From Fervidobacterium sp. (GTDB lineage Bacteria; Thermotogota; Thermotogae; Thermotogales; Fervidobacteriaceae), in NCBI GenBank assembly GCA_049970055.1, contig JBMFNR010000001.1:416001-480000 (forward strand): a DNA stretch of 64,000 bases. Direction: 5' to 3'. Of this stretch, positions 53,949 to 63,429 are shown one piece after another; positions within the stretch are counted from its first letter, which is position 1, and every line of letters begins with the position of its first letter. The notes under the pieces were generated by a model. It had not been told where the DNA came from, did no database searches, and saw only the letters and a list, made by a program, of their open reading frames with translations. The position numbers and the translations under genes were made by a program.

Positions 53949-54932
53949 GTGGACAATCAGAAAGAAATGGAAGAGATAATAAATATACAATTTAACAATA
54001 CAAAATACTTTTTGGATCCTAAAAGTGGGGAATTTCAGATATCCGGTGAATTACCAACCCAAGATGAAGTGTATGAATTCGCGATGATCCATCGTATACC
54101 TATTGATGAGAAAATATTTAATCTTCTCAACGAATTACTTTTGTCTCAAGATATTCAATCTTGTATGTATAAAATTAAAAAATTCTTTGAAAATTACTAC
54201 AGAAAAGACATTGAAATTATCTTCTTGGAAGATGGAGCTGACTTAGAACTTAAAAATCGTATTTTAAAATTACCTATCATTAGCAAAAATTCAGGTAGAA
54301 TTGGTCATATAACCTTCTTGGGCGATTTTTCAATCAAACAAGCTTTAGGATTCCTTGCTTTTTACGATTCTTTCGTATCTGTTATTGAGGGGTTGATCTT
54401 GAGCCACAGGTTGGAAGAATTATTCAAAAGTGCTTTAAACACACTTTATTTGGCGTTTAGCAAAAGGACTCGGCTTTCCGAAGACGAACTATTAGCTATG
54501 GAAAAAATCGCACTTGAGATCGCCATGCAAGAAAGTATAAATCAAGAGCAGTGTCTTGTTGCATTGAGAATCGCAAACGTTGGACTTATTGGTGTCAGAG
54601 ATGAATTATTTGATAGAGTAAGGTCTGGAAATGCGAGCCCAGGAGAATATGCTGAATATTTTAAGCACATTGACCACGGCTATGAGATATTAAAAGAATT
54701 AGAATTTAGCAAAGAACTTATCGATATTTGTCTTTACCACCACGAAACACTAGATGGCAAGGGTCCCAGAGGGTTTGAAAGTGAAGAAATACCAACACTT
54801 GCCCTCATTGTTGGATTATCCGAAAGTTTAGTGCTGTTGAATTGGAATGAAAAGATCTTAAGAAAAAAGTACCCATCGAAATACGTTGATATAGCACTTA
54901 GAACATTTAATGCAATCCAAAACAAGGGGTGA
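53949..54932 (+). CDS. Degenerate HD-GYP-domain protein
   Basis: IANVGLIGV where LHDxGKIGI is expected; HIDHGYEIL; HHETLDGKGPRG lacks the Tyr of GYP. Confidence 0.75.
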   Translation: MDNQKEMEEIINIQFNNTKYFLDPKSGEFQISGELPTQDEVYEFAMIHRIPIDEKIFNLLNELLLSQDIQSCMYKIKKFFENYYRKDIEIIFLEDGADLELKNRILKLPIISKNSGRIGHITFLGDFSIKQALGFLAFYDSFVSVIEGLILSHRLEELFKSALNTLYLAFSKRTRLSEDELLAMEKIALEIAMQESINQEQCLVALRIANVGLIGVRDELFDRVRSGNASPGEYAEYFKHIDHGYEILKELEFSKELIDICLYHHETLDGKGPRGFESEEIPTLALIVGLSESLVLLNWNEKILRKKYPSKYVDIALRTFNAIQNKG

Positions 54933-55576
54933 ATATCTTGGACAAAGTATTCTACATTTTTCCATACTTTTTCCTCGGACACCTTTTTGGCGATTATGTT
55001 ATTCAAACAAATTACATTGCAGCATACAAAGGTAAAAGTTTAAAAGTTTTAACGCTACATATCCTTCTTGTGTTCTGTTCACAAACGATTTTTTTACTGG
55101 GTAAAGGCTTTGCCTTAAAGGAACTACTGGTCGTAATTGCACTATCACTTACGCATTTCTCTATAGATTTAGTTAAATTTCTTTGCAAAAAAACGTTCTG
55201 TAAAAAATGGTATTACTACTTATTCGATCAATTTTTACATATCATAACTTTGGTCATAGCTTCCACTTACTTTAGTAATGTTCAACCATTTCTAAATAGA
55301 ACGCTTGCAGTCGTACTAGCAGTTAGTATTTTCAACGGTTATTTTCTAAGTATACTAGTTCATTTTCTTATTTCAAACGGTATTTACAAAAGAGATTATT
55401 TAGGCTATTTCCTTAGAATGTCTGCACCCGTGTTCTACATAGCAAATATTTATTTATTCATAATTTACGTACTTTTTTGTCTGCTGCTTATTGTTCAAAA
55501 AAGTAAAGAATCATACATTTTAAATTATATACTAACGGTAATTTCAACCGTAGTTCTCATGGAGGTGATGTTATGA
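54929..55576 (+). CDS. DUF3307-like membrane protein
   Basis: GHLFGDYVIQ, LTLH, THFSIDLVK, FDQFLH; multiple TMs. Confidence 0.8.
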   Translation: MNILDKVFYIFPYFFLGHLFGDYVIQTNYIAAYKGKSLKVLTLHILLVFCSQTIFLLGKGFALKELLVVIALSLTHFSIDLVKFLCKKTFCKKWYYYLFDQFLHIITLVIASTYFSNVQPFLNRTLAVVLAVSIFNGYFLSILVHFLISNGIYKRDYLGYFLRMSAPVFYIANIYLFIIYVLFCLLLIVQKSKESYILNYILTVISTVVLMEVML

Positions 55577-57717
55577 AACAGCTTTTAGTGGGGTTGCTGG
55601 TGATCATTTCCGTATTTGCTTTTGCAGACTTTGAAGTTGTGCCAAACTCTGATAGTGTTGTCATGGGCGGTAAACTGCCAATAAAGATCTCACTTACCGA
55701 TGATTCTGGCAAGTTGCAAACCTTTATCCTGAAAGCTAAGGTAACCCTTGGAGGTTTCGAAAAACCCGAAGTTTTGACAAAGGGTTTAAGTATTAATGGA
55801 AAGGTAGAGCTTAACTTCCTAGCACCGAAGAAAGTAGGTGAGGTTAAAATAACATTTATAGCTCAAACTTTAGACAACAAAACTCAAACCAAAGAAATCA
55901 TGATCAAAGTTACAGAAAAAGATGAGAACGAATTTTCTGATAAGTTAAAAGCAACGATCGAGTCATTTAGAGGAAGTGTGGCGTATAAGAAAGAAGGAAA
56001 ACAAGTTTGGGAATCGATCAAGTTGGATACAATTTTGCAAGAAGGGGACGAAATACTAACACTTGAAAAAGCCTACGTCATTGTCAAATTCCCAGACGGT
56101 TCGATGACGAAAATTACAGAAAACACACAAGTACTCTTTGAAAAGTTGAGACGTGCAAAAGACGGTAGGATATTGGTTTCAATCATAATCAAAAAAGGTG
56201 GTACGTACAATGTCGTACAAAAAATGGTAGCGGGTTCATCGTTTGAGGTGAAAGCTGGTAGCGTTACAGCGGGAGTAAGAGGCACGGCATTTGAATTATC
56301 AAATGTTGAAGAAAAACCTGTTCTGAAGGTGTGGGAAGGTGAAGTACTTGCGTTTTACAACGACAATTTCGTAATACCAGTTTTCGAAGGTCAGCAGATG
56401 GCATTTGGACCGTTCACTGGTGTTATTGAAGACATAACACAACTGTTTGAAAATACAGAACCTGCACCTCTTCTTGAAAGCGTGCCATCGTTAGAACCAG
56501 AAATGCCGGAAACTCCTCAGACACCTGAATTACCGAAAGTGCCGGAAACAAAGCCAATGGAAACTTCTATTCAACCGATGAAAGCGTATATTCCACCACT
56601 TGGTGTTGAAACAGCCATCAAGGATGGGGAAAAGTACATTATTTACACAATTTCGCCTGAGTTTACGATAGGTCCAGTCACATTAGGTATAGGCTTGACA
56701 GCATACGCTACGGAAGTTGGTGGAACGCTTTACTACGGCTTACCGACAACAACCCCAAGCACGAATCTAATCAACATGATAACGATCAACTACGTCGCAT
56801 TTAACCTTGGAAACGTGTACCTCAGGTACGGTAATATGCCACAAACTTCACTCGCGATGGGCTTTTCTGTAAGAGATTACTACAAGCCGTACTCAAAGTC
56901 ATTCGATATAAAGGCACTTGTTGGTCCTGTTGGTTTAACACTGCACATACCGTACGAACTAACAAAACTCTGGCCAACCGAATTCGTTCAATCAGATAGT
57001 GTTTACACGGCGGAAATTGAGCTAAAATCAGTTGTTGCAGGTATGGATCTTGGTATTGCCGGATTGTACGATACAAATGTAACAAAAGATGATGTACTCG
57101 GCAATGCAACACCAATAAATCTTTCACTTTCAGGATACCTGAGATATCCTATCTTAAGTGGATTTTACCTTGGCGTCGAAGTTGGATCACAATTTCTGAG
57201 CGATTATTCCAAGTACGGTATTGGAATATTCGGAGGTCTCTCAGGTAGAATATCGTTCTTCGATGTCATTGCAGGTGGATTTGGAACATACAACGGATTC
57301 AGACCATTCCATTTTGGAAGAATATACACCACACAAAAGCTCAAAAGCCAATTATCTACATTGAGTGATGAAAGTACGAGCTTTGGTTTCTTAGTGGGAT
57401 TCAATTTTGATACACAATATGCGATGGGTAGATTTTATCTACTTGGTGATTTTTCAGGCGATATGGACGCTCTTGGGGAAGTAAGGATTACTATACCTCA
57501 AGTGGGCGCGGTTGCGGGCTTATTCATATACGGTTATTATTATGATCCTACACCATTTGTAGAAGGACACTTCACCGATTCTGATACCGTATCATTCCTT
57601 AGAATAACTTATCCCATAATGGAAAGAAACCTTGTTGCGGGAATAGTATACACTTGGGATGGAATTACCAGACAATGGATCCAGAGTGTGTACATAGGGA
57701 GTGAGACAAGTTGGTAA
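55573..57717 (+). CDS. Exported FecR-domain protein with Pro-rich linker and predicted C-terminal outer-membrane beta-barrel
   Basis: Signal peptide; FecR motifs EGDEILT, FPDGS, TAGVRGTAF; PEMPETPQTPELP linker; Gly/aromatic-rich amphipathic strands ending in Trp. Confidence 0.75.
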   Translation: MKQLLVGLLVIISVFAFADFEVVPNSDSVVMGGKLPIKISLTDDSGKLQTFILKAKVTLGGFEKPEVLTKGLSINGKVELNFLAPKKVGEVKITFIAQTLDNKTQTKEIMIKVTEKDENEFSDKLKATIESFRGSVAYKKEGKQVWESIKLDTILQEGDEILTLEKAYVIVKFPDGSMTKITENTQVLFEKLRRAKDGRILVSIIIKKGGTYNVVQKMVAGSSFEVKAGSVTAGVRGTAFELSNVEEKPVLKVWEGEVLAFYNDNFVIPVFEGQQMAFGPFTGVIEDITQLFENTEPAPLLESVPSLEPEMPETPQTPELPKVPETKPMETSIQPMKAYIPPLGVETAIKDGEKYIIYTISPEFTIGPVTLGIGLTAYATEVGGTLYYGLPTTTPSTNLINMITINYVAFNLGNVYLRYGNMPQTSLAMGFSVRDYYKPYSKSFDIKALVGPVGLTLHIPYELTKLWPTEFVQSDSVYTAEIELKSVVAGMDLGIAGLYDTNVTKDDVLGNATPINLSLSGYLRYPILSGFYLGVEVGSQFLSDYSKYGIGIFGGLSGRISFFDVIAGGFGTYNGFRPFHFGRIYTTQKLKSQLSTLSDESTSFGFLVGFNFDTQYAMGRFYLLGDFSGDMDALGEVRITIPQVGAVAGLFIYGYYYDPTPFVEGHFTDSDTVSFLRITYPIMERNLVAGIVYTWDGITRQWIQSVYIGSETSW

Positions 57718-57736
57718 AATTAAGGTGGGTGAGTGA

Positions 57737-58981
57737 ATGAACAAAGATATAGAAGGTCCAACATGGCTAAGTGGGTATGTTTTTAACAACAAACTACATG
57801 GCAGAAAAACGAAACTTTTTGTCAGCATCGATAACGTAGAATTTTACGTTCTTGGGGGATATTCTTTTGACCTCCTCAAAAAGATAAGCAAATTTATCAA
57901 CGAAGGGATACACATTAAACCAGCCGATGCTACGGATCAAGTTGTATACATTGCGGCGAAACTCAATAGTAACCTCAGACTTAACGAACTACTAAAAGAC
58001 ATCCAAAACGAAGTTTGTAACATAGTTAATGCGGAAGCAGCTTCTATATTACTATACGAAGAGGACCACTTGAGATTTTTGGTCACAGTGGGGAAGGCAA
58101 GTGGCAAGATTGAGAGCATACCCGTTCCTATGGAATCCATTGCGGGAACAATATTTAAAGAAGGGAAAGCACTCATATTCAACGATCTCGAAAAAAATCC
58201 AGCACATTTCAAAGGTGTTGACAAAGCTGCAAAATTCAGAACAGAAAACATTGTAGGGGCACCCATATGGGTTGAAGGTCAAAAAATAGGTGTTATTGAG
58301 GTACTTAACAAATCTGGAGGATTCAGCCAAGAAGATGCAAATATAATAGATACTTTTGCAAAACTCATAGGCAGTAAATTATTAAGCACGTGGAAATACG
58401 AAAAATTCTCAAATAACTTCAAAAAATTACTACTTGCCATAGCGACTGCGATAGATAAAAGAGATAACTACACCCACAAGCACTCCCAAAACGTTGCCAT
58501 GTACTCTCTAGGAATAGGTAGAAAGTTTGGTCTAAACCAGGAAATGTTAGAAAAACTCGAATTTTCGGCTATATTACATGATGTTGGGAAAATAGGCATA
58601 CCAGATAGTATCCTTCTTAAACCTGGTAAATTGACAGACGAGGAATACCAAATAATCAAAAATCACACCATTTACGGTGCCCAGATACTGTCAAGTATAA
58701 AGTATGTCGATGAGAATATAATAAATGGTGCGCTTGAGCATCACGAAAAACTCGATGGTAGCGGCTATCCTTACGGGAAGAAAGATGGTGAGATCTCGCT
58801 CTTTGGAAGAATCATCGGAATTGCCGATGTGTTCGACGCGCTTTCCACTAAAAGAGCATACAAAGAAGCGTGGAGCCTATCTGATGTGCTTGAAGTGATA
58901 AAAAAAGATGTAGAAAATGGTAAAATGGACCAAGAAGTGTTCAAATACCTGATCGAAATAATAAATGAGACAAACAACTGA
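57737..58981 (+). CDS. GAF + HD-GYP cyclic-dinucleotide phosphodiesterase
   Basis: GAF (IGVIEVLNK…FSQED); HSQNVA, LHDVGKIGIPD, HHEKLDGSGYP, ADVFDAL…RAYK. Confidence 0.92.
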   Translation: MNKDIEGPTWLSGYVFNNKLHGRKTKLFVSIDNVEFYVLGGYSFDLLKKISKFINEGIHIKPADATDQVVYIAAKLNSNLRLNELLKDIQNEVCNIVNAEAASILLYEEDHLRFLVTVGKASGKIESIPVPMESIAGTIFKEGKALIFNDLEKNPAHFKGVDKAAKFRTENIVGAPIWVEGQKIGVIEVLNKSGGFSQEDANIIDTFAKLIGSKLLSTWKYEKFSNNFKKLLLAIATAIDKRDNYTHKHSQNVAMYSLGIGRKFGLNQEMLEKLEFSAILHDVGKIGIPDSILLKPGKLTDEEYQIIKNHTIYGAQILSSIKYVDENIINGALEHHEKLDGSGYPYGKKDGEISLFGRIIGIADVFDALSTKRAYKEAWSLSDVLEVIKKDVENGKMDQEVFKYLIEIINETNN

Positions 58982-58988
58982 TAAGAGT

Positions 58989-59019
58989 CACCCTGAGCGT
59001 TTGTGCTCAGGGTGTTTTT
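58989..59019 (+). terminator. Intrinsic terminator closing the signalling operon
   Basis: CACCCTGAGC-GTTTGT-GCTCAGGGTG-TTTTT. Confidence 0.88.
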
Positions 59020-59149
59020 CTATCCTAACTTATTTTGCCCGCCTTTCCTATTATTACGAATTCACCCAAGCTTTTCTAAGACCATTGTGCTTCGCAGATT
59101 TCTGAAAGCAAGCGATAACGAGAAGATACATATAATCAGGGGTGGTTAA

Positions 59150-60298
59150 ATGTCACTTGAAAAATTGGTAGGTTTACTTACAGACAAACCATTGGACCAA
59201 AACGATGCAAAACTTCTTGTTAACAGGCAAAAAGAATTTCAGCTTGTTGATCTAATCCTAAACTATCAAAATTACGGCATATTCGGTATTTCCGGGGAAC
59301 CAGGAATTGGTAAAACAACATTCATAAACAACATAGCAACCAAACTTTACACCATTAAAATTGCACTCACACAACGCGACAATCAAGATACCATACTCTA
59401 CGATTTACTCTACAACCTAGCGGTTCAAACTCAAAACGATTTGGAAATATCAAAGAAAGTAAAAGATTGGCTTGTTGAAGAGATATCGTACATAAAAGGT
59501 TTATGTCTTGGCATTTCATTTATTGCAAATGCTGATCTTTCGTTTCAAAAACAAAACTCACCGAGGTTTAACTACTTCAAAGCCAAGGAGTACTTCAACA
59601 GTATAATAAAAGAACTTATCGATAAGCATGGCAAAATAATTCTTGTCATCGACGAACTCGACAAAGAAAGCAAAAAAGATGTACTCTTAGTTTTAGACAA
59701 CCTAAAATCAGAACTTCAGAAAGAAAGCATAATAACACTCATCTCTCTTCCATACAAGATATACAAAGAATACAAAATGGACAAATTACAGAAACTTGGC
59801 GAAGGAAACCTCGATAACGTTTTGAAAGACATAATAAACCTAAGAGAGTTTACAAATAGTGAAGTAAAAGAAATCATACTTAGAAGACTTAATAACTACG
59901 TTCATCTTTTTGAAAATGACGCTCTGGAAATAATCGCAGATTACTCAGACGGGAACCCACGGGATGCACTATGGATAGCTCAAAAAATTGTCTTCGAAGC
60001 TATGGCAGAAAATTTAGAAAGAATAACGCACACATACGCAAAGCAGAGTATAAAGAAAATAACAAGACAATACGTAGCAGAAATATCTTTGACAGATAAA
60101 CAAAAATCAATGATAGACGAGCGACTCTTTCCAGGTACGAAAGATGAAATAATAAAAAAAGCAGTGAGCACTAAAAACCTCCACCGCTCAACAGCGTACT
60201 CAATATTTGAGAGATTATTGCAATTAGGTATAATTGTAGAAAGAAATGGTACATACAAACTATCTGGTAAAAACAAATTTTTGTACATAGATTCGTAG
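59150..60298 (+). CDS. P-loop AAA-type ATPase with C-terminal winged HTH
   Basis: VNRQKE, GEPGIGKTT, LVIDELDK, DGNPRDAL, RSTAYSIFERLLQLGII. Confidence 0.8.
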   Translation: MSLEKLVGLLTDKPLDQNDAKLLVNRQKEFQLVDLILNYQNYGIFGISGEPGIGKTTFINNIATKLYTIKIALTQRDNQDTILYDLLYNLAVQTQNDLEISKKVKDWLVEEISYIKGLCLGISFIANADLSFQKQNSPRFNYFKAKEYFNSIIKELIDKHGKIILVIDELDKESKKDVLLVLDNLKSELQKESIITLISLPYKIYKEYKMDKLQKLGEGNLDNVLKDIINLREFTNSEVKEIILRRLNNYVHLFENDALEIIADYSDGNPRDALWIAQKIVFEAMAENLERITHTYAKQSIKKITRQYVAEISLTDKQKSMIDERLFPGTKDEIIKKAVSTKNLHRSTAYSIFERLLQLGIIVERNGTYKLSGKNKFLYIDS

Positions 60299-60360
60299 AT
60301 ACATTGTATTGTAAGTAGTATAAAACTAAAAAGCCCCCTTTACAAAAGGTGGGTGTTTAT

Positions 60361-60418
60361 GGTATATTATGTATACTTATGTATACTATATGGGTACTAT
60401 ATGTAATGTATGTACATT
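60361..60418. repeat. Tandem ~10-bp TATGTATACT-like repeats
   Basis: TATGTATACT TATGTATACT ATATGGGTACT ATATGTAAT GTATGTACAT. Confidence 0.65.
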
Positions 60419-60439
60419 CATCCGTGGGGGGTGTTTTAC

Positions 60440-60844
60440 ATGGAAAATAGACCAGCGAGTACATCAGTTCAAACGAGAAAAACAAGTGAAATACTACCGA
60501 TTCAACAATGGCACGAAAAAGTACTAAGTTACAAACATCTTGTCGACAGATGGACAAAGTACTTTTGGAATATTAACAAAGCATACCTATACTCATTCGA
60601 AGACCTGCGACAGACTATTTGGTATATTTTGATGGTAGGGTTAAAGACATTTGATGGAAGGGGAAAAGAGGAAGAGTACCTAAATTGGTACATACGAAAC
60701 AAAATAGTTTCGATCATGGTTTATGGAAAAAAGCCACCAAATTGCATTGATGCACCGTTCACCCCACTAAGGTTTGACTACATCTCACCAGATGACGATG
60801 TGCAGGTGAATGAATTGTTTTACTCTGAGTTTGATGATGAGTAG
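60440..60844 (+). CDS. Stand-alone sigma70 region-2-like protein
   Basis: FEDLRQTIWYILMVGLKTFD…YLNWYIRNKI resembles region 2.2-2.4; no region 4 HTH; SD GGGGGGTG. Confidence 0.6.
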   Translation: MENRPASTSVQTRKTSEILPIQQWHEKVLSYKHLVDRWTKYFWNINKAYLYSFEDLRQTIWYILMVGLKTFDGRGKEEEYLNWYIRNKIVSIMVYGKKPPNCIDAPFTPLRFDYISPDDDVQVNELFYSEFDDE

Positions 60845-60902
60845 CAATAACCAGTTCTGAAGATCTTGAAACGACATAGAGTGAATCAATACTCAGACAA
60901 AA

Positions 60903-60924
60903 GCCTCCTTCAGGAGGCCTTTTT
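60903..60924 (+). terminator. Intrinsic terminator
   Basis: GCCTCCT-TC-AGGAGGC-CTTTTT. Confidence 0.75.
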
Positions 60925-60940
60925 AGTTTCAATTATTAAG

Positions 60941-61645
60941 TCATCTTCTTTGTATCCGAAAAGTTAGCTTTTTTGAAAGTGTTACAATACTATCGGCACA
61001 AAGGTTTGTTTCTACAAAAATATCTGTTTTATTTATCTTTACTGGATCTCTTAATTCATCAGGATTTCTCGTAAAGTACGGTCGTTTTCGTCCAACTAAG
61101 CTAAGGACTCGATCAAATTGTTCCCTATGTTCGGAAAGCATAAGGTTAACTATCCTCGTATATGAGTTTCCGGTGTTGGACGTTGGAGGTGTTGGCGGTA
61201 CGATTTGGTCTGATTTTCTTTGATAAATTTTCGCCAAAAAATTTTCCACCATTTCGGTGTTTGGCTTGTGACCACACAATTCTTCTGTAACACCAGCCAA
61301 TAATAGATCATCTAAACGCTCATCTGGTTTTGTTATTATCTTGTTCCATGCTTCCAAAAGTTTTTCATTTATCAACATTTCCTCAGCATTTTTTATTGCT
61401 TTACCGGAAATAACATTCTCTTTTGACAAAAGCTAATCAAATTTTTCCGTTACGTCTTCAATCTTTTGATGAGATATGTTAATTGTGCAAAATTTTCTCT
61501 GTTTACAACTTCTTCCCAGAAGGGGTAAATAAAACTACCAGTTAATTCCATTAGTTAGTACTGCAAGCTTTACTCCCATTTGGAACGAATAGATTAAAAG
61601 TTACTCATCGTGTTTTTTCAGATCTTCTTGGAGTTTTTTACCTCA
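60941..61645 (-). pseudogene. Pseudogene of HsdR_N-type restriction nuclease with SeqA-C-like tail
   Basis: Read-through gives EVK(fs)…HDE*LLIYSFQMGVKLAVLTNGINW*FYLP…KFD*LLSKENV; in-frame stops at 61601-3, 61535-7 and 61433-5. Confidence 0.75.
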
Positions 61646-61799
61646 TTCATTTTTATTCCACCATATATTATTATCCCCATTGAGCCCATACAAAAAAGCC
61701 ATTCGTACAAGAACAGCTCACATATAGCAAAAGATCACATTTATCTTAAACTATAATTCACTTTTTGCAAAATATTTCACTTTTGCTTGTTTTGATTTT

Positions 61800-63221
61800 T
61801 TATTTAGCTTCGAATAGTTCCCTCTTTATCTGTAATATTTCATTTTTATAAAGCAAAAGCGTGAATACCATACCAACAAGACCAACAAAAATATTCAAAA
61901 TAACTACCCTGTTAATTGTTTCAAACAATGCGACAAAAATCATTATTACCGTTTCAACTACGAATCGCCTCATTTCAAAGTTGAATTTCATGTGTTTTTC
62001 TGAAATAAACGTTCTCATCGCAAAAAATACAATGTACGAAAGTCCAGTTGAAATGGCTGCGCCTTTTGCACCATACATTGGCACTAAGATCGTGTTTCCA
62101 ATAAAATTTACTAGCGCACTTAACGTTGCTACTACTATGTGCCAGTACGTCTTTTTTGAAAAATTAATTCCTATCACCGTTGTTTCTGATATTGTTGTCA
62201 TTATTGGGCTAAATATCAAAAAAGGCATAATGAACGCTGCTTCTCTATAGGTTTGCGAAAAAAGCATAAAGAGAATATCTTTAAACCCGAGAACTGCAAA
62301 CCCGAATGAAAACATCAAAAATGTAGCGGTGATGTTTGCTTTTTTGAAGAAATCACCTCTTGTTCCGTCTTTTTCGTATCTCTCGTATGCTATCGGAATC
62401 CAAAATTGTGTAAAACCCGCTTGAATTAAAAGCATAACTGAAGCAATTTTAGAGGCAGCACTATAAAGCCCGATTTCTTCAAAAGTACTATACTGCCTTA
62501 TTGAAATTCTATCTATTGATTGAAAGAGCCAAGTTATCAAAAAAGTTGGAACAAAGAAAATACCATAATTTACTGCTTTTTTTATCTCGCCGATACTTAT
62601 GCTTTTTATACTCCAGTAATCCTTTTCAGACGCAATACCTATTGCTAAAGATACTACAACACCCATCAAAGAACCAAAAACTAAAGCGTAGAAATCTCTA
62701 TGAATCAAAAGCGCGTAAATTATAGTTGCACCAGTGTTACTTAAGACTCCAACAATGTCTATCAAGGAATACAGAACACCCCTTTTTTTCATTCTAACGG
62801 TTAGTTGGTTAAAACGCTGTAGGATTGATACAATCAAAGATACGGAGAATAAAAAGCCTATATTTGGATAATAGTTGCCATACAAAATTTTGCTTAATTC
62901 TCGATCAAATTGAATAAAGAAAAAAGAAATAATACCAGCTAACGTTAAACTCGGTAGCAGACAATTCCAAAGTAAGCTTTTTCTCTCACCCTCGGAATAT
63001 TCGTAAAAAAATCTTACGAAGGCTTGATCTGTCCCCAAAGTGGAGATTAATATTCCGATATTCAGCATCATTGTATACATTGAAGCTCGACCGAATTCTT
63101 CAGGATTAATAATGTATGAGATTATAGGTGTTGTAAAAACAGATATGAAAGCTTTAAACCATGTTCCAAAAGAAAACGAGAGGAAACCTTTAATGTAACT
63201 TTTGACAGACAATTTTATCAT
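61800..63221 (-). CDS. wzx: Wzx-type oligosaccharide flippase
   Basis: 12-14 TMs; PEEFG, SIDR…IGLYSAASK, LVPMYGAKGAAIST. Confidence 0.88.
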   Translation of the reverse strand: MIKLSVKSYIKGFLSFSFGTWFKAFISVFTTPIISYIINPEEFGRASMYTMMLNIGILISTLGTDQAFVRFFYEYSEGERKSLLWNCLLPSLTLAGIISFFFIQFDRELSKILYGNYYPNIGFLFSVSLIVSILQRFNQLTVRMKKRGVLYSLIDIVGVLSNTGATIIYALLIHRDFYALVFGSLMGVVVSLAIGIASEKDYWSIKSISIGEIKKAVNYGIFFVPTFLITWLFQSIDRISIRQYSTFEEIGLYSAASKIASVMLLIQAGFTQFWIPIAYERYEKDGTRGDFFKKANITATFLMFSFGFAVLGFKDILFMLFSQTYREAAFIMPFLIFSPIMTTISETTVIGINFSKKTYWHIVVATLSALVNFIGNTILVPMYGAKGAAISTGLSYIVFFAMRTFISEKHMKFNFEMRRFVVETVIMIFVALFETINRVVILNIFVGLVGMVFTLLLYKNEILQIKRELFEAK

Positions 63222-63429
63222 CTCCTTGGAAAAACCATCCTCGATTTTACTGGGTACAAGGTCTTAAGCAAACAACATCTTAACATAACTCAATAAATTA
63301 CTGAGAACGCCTGCATTCTCAGAATGGCTCGAAGACATTATTTATTATGGGTTGGAACATGAAATAGTGCGCTTTTTTCTTGAACTGTCCACTTTAATTT
63401 CAGCCACTTGACTTTGGGAGAATACTCTC

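Noticed and set aside
63222..63429. ncRNA or gene remnant between wecB and wzx
   Set aside because: Only one short hairpin (63301-63322); no recognisable ORF, ops/JUMPstart or RNA family motif
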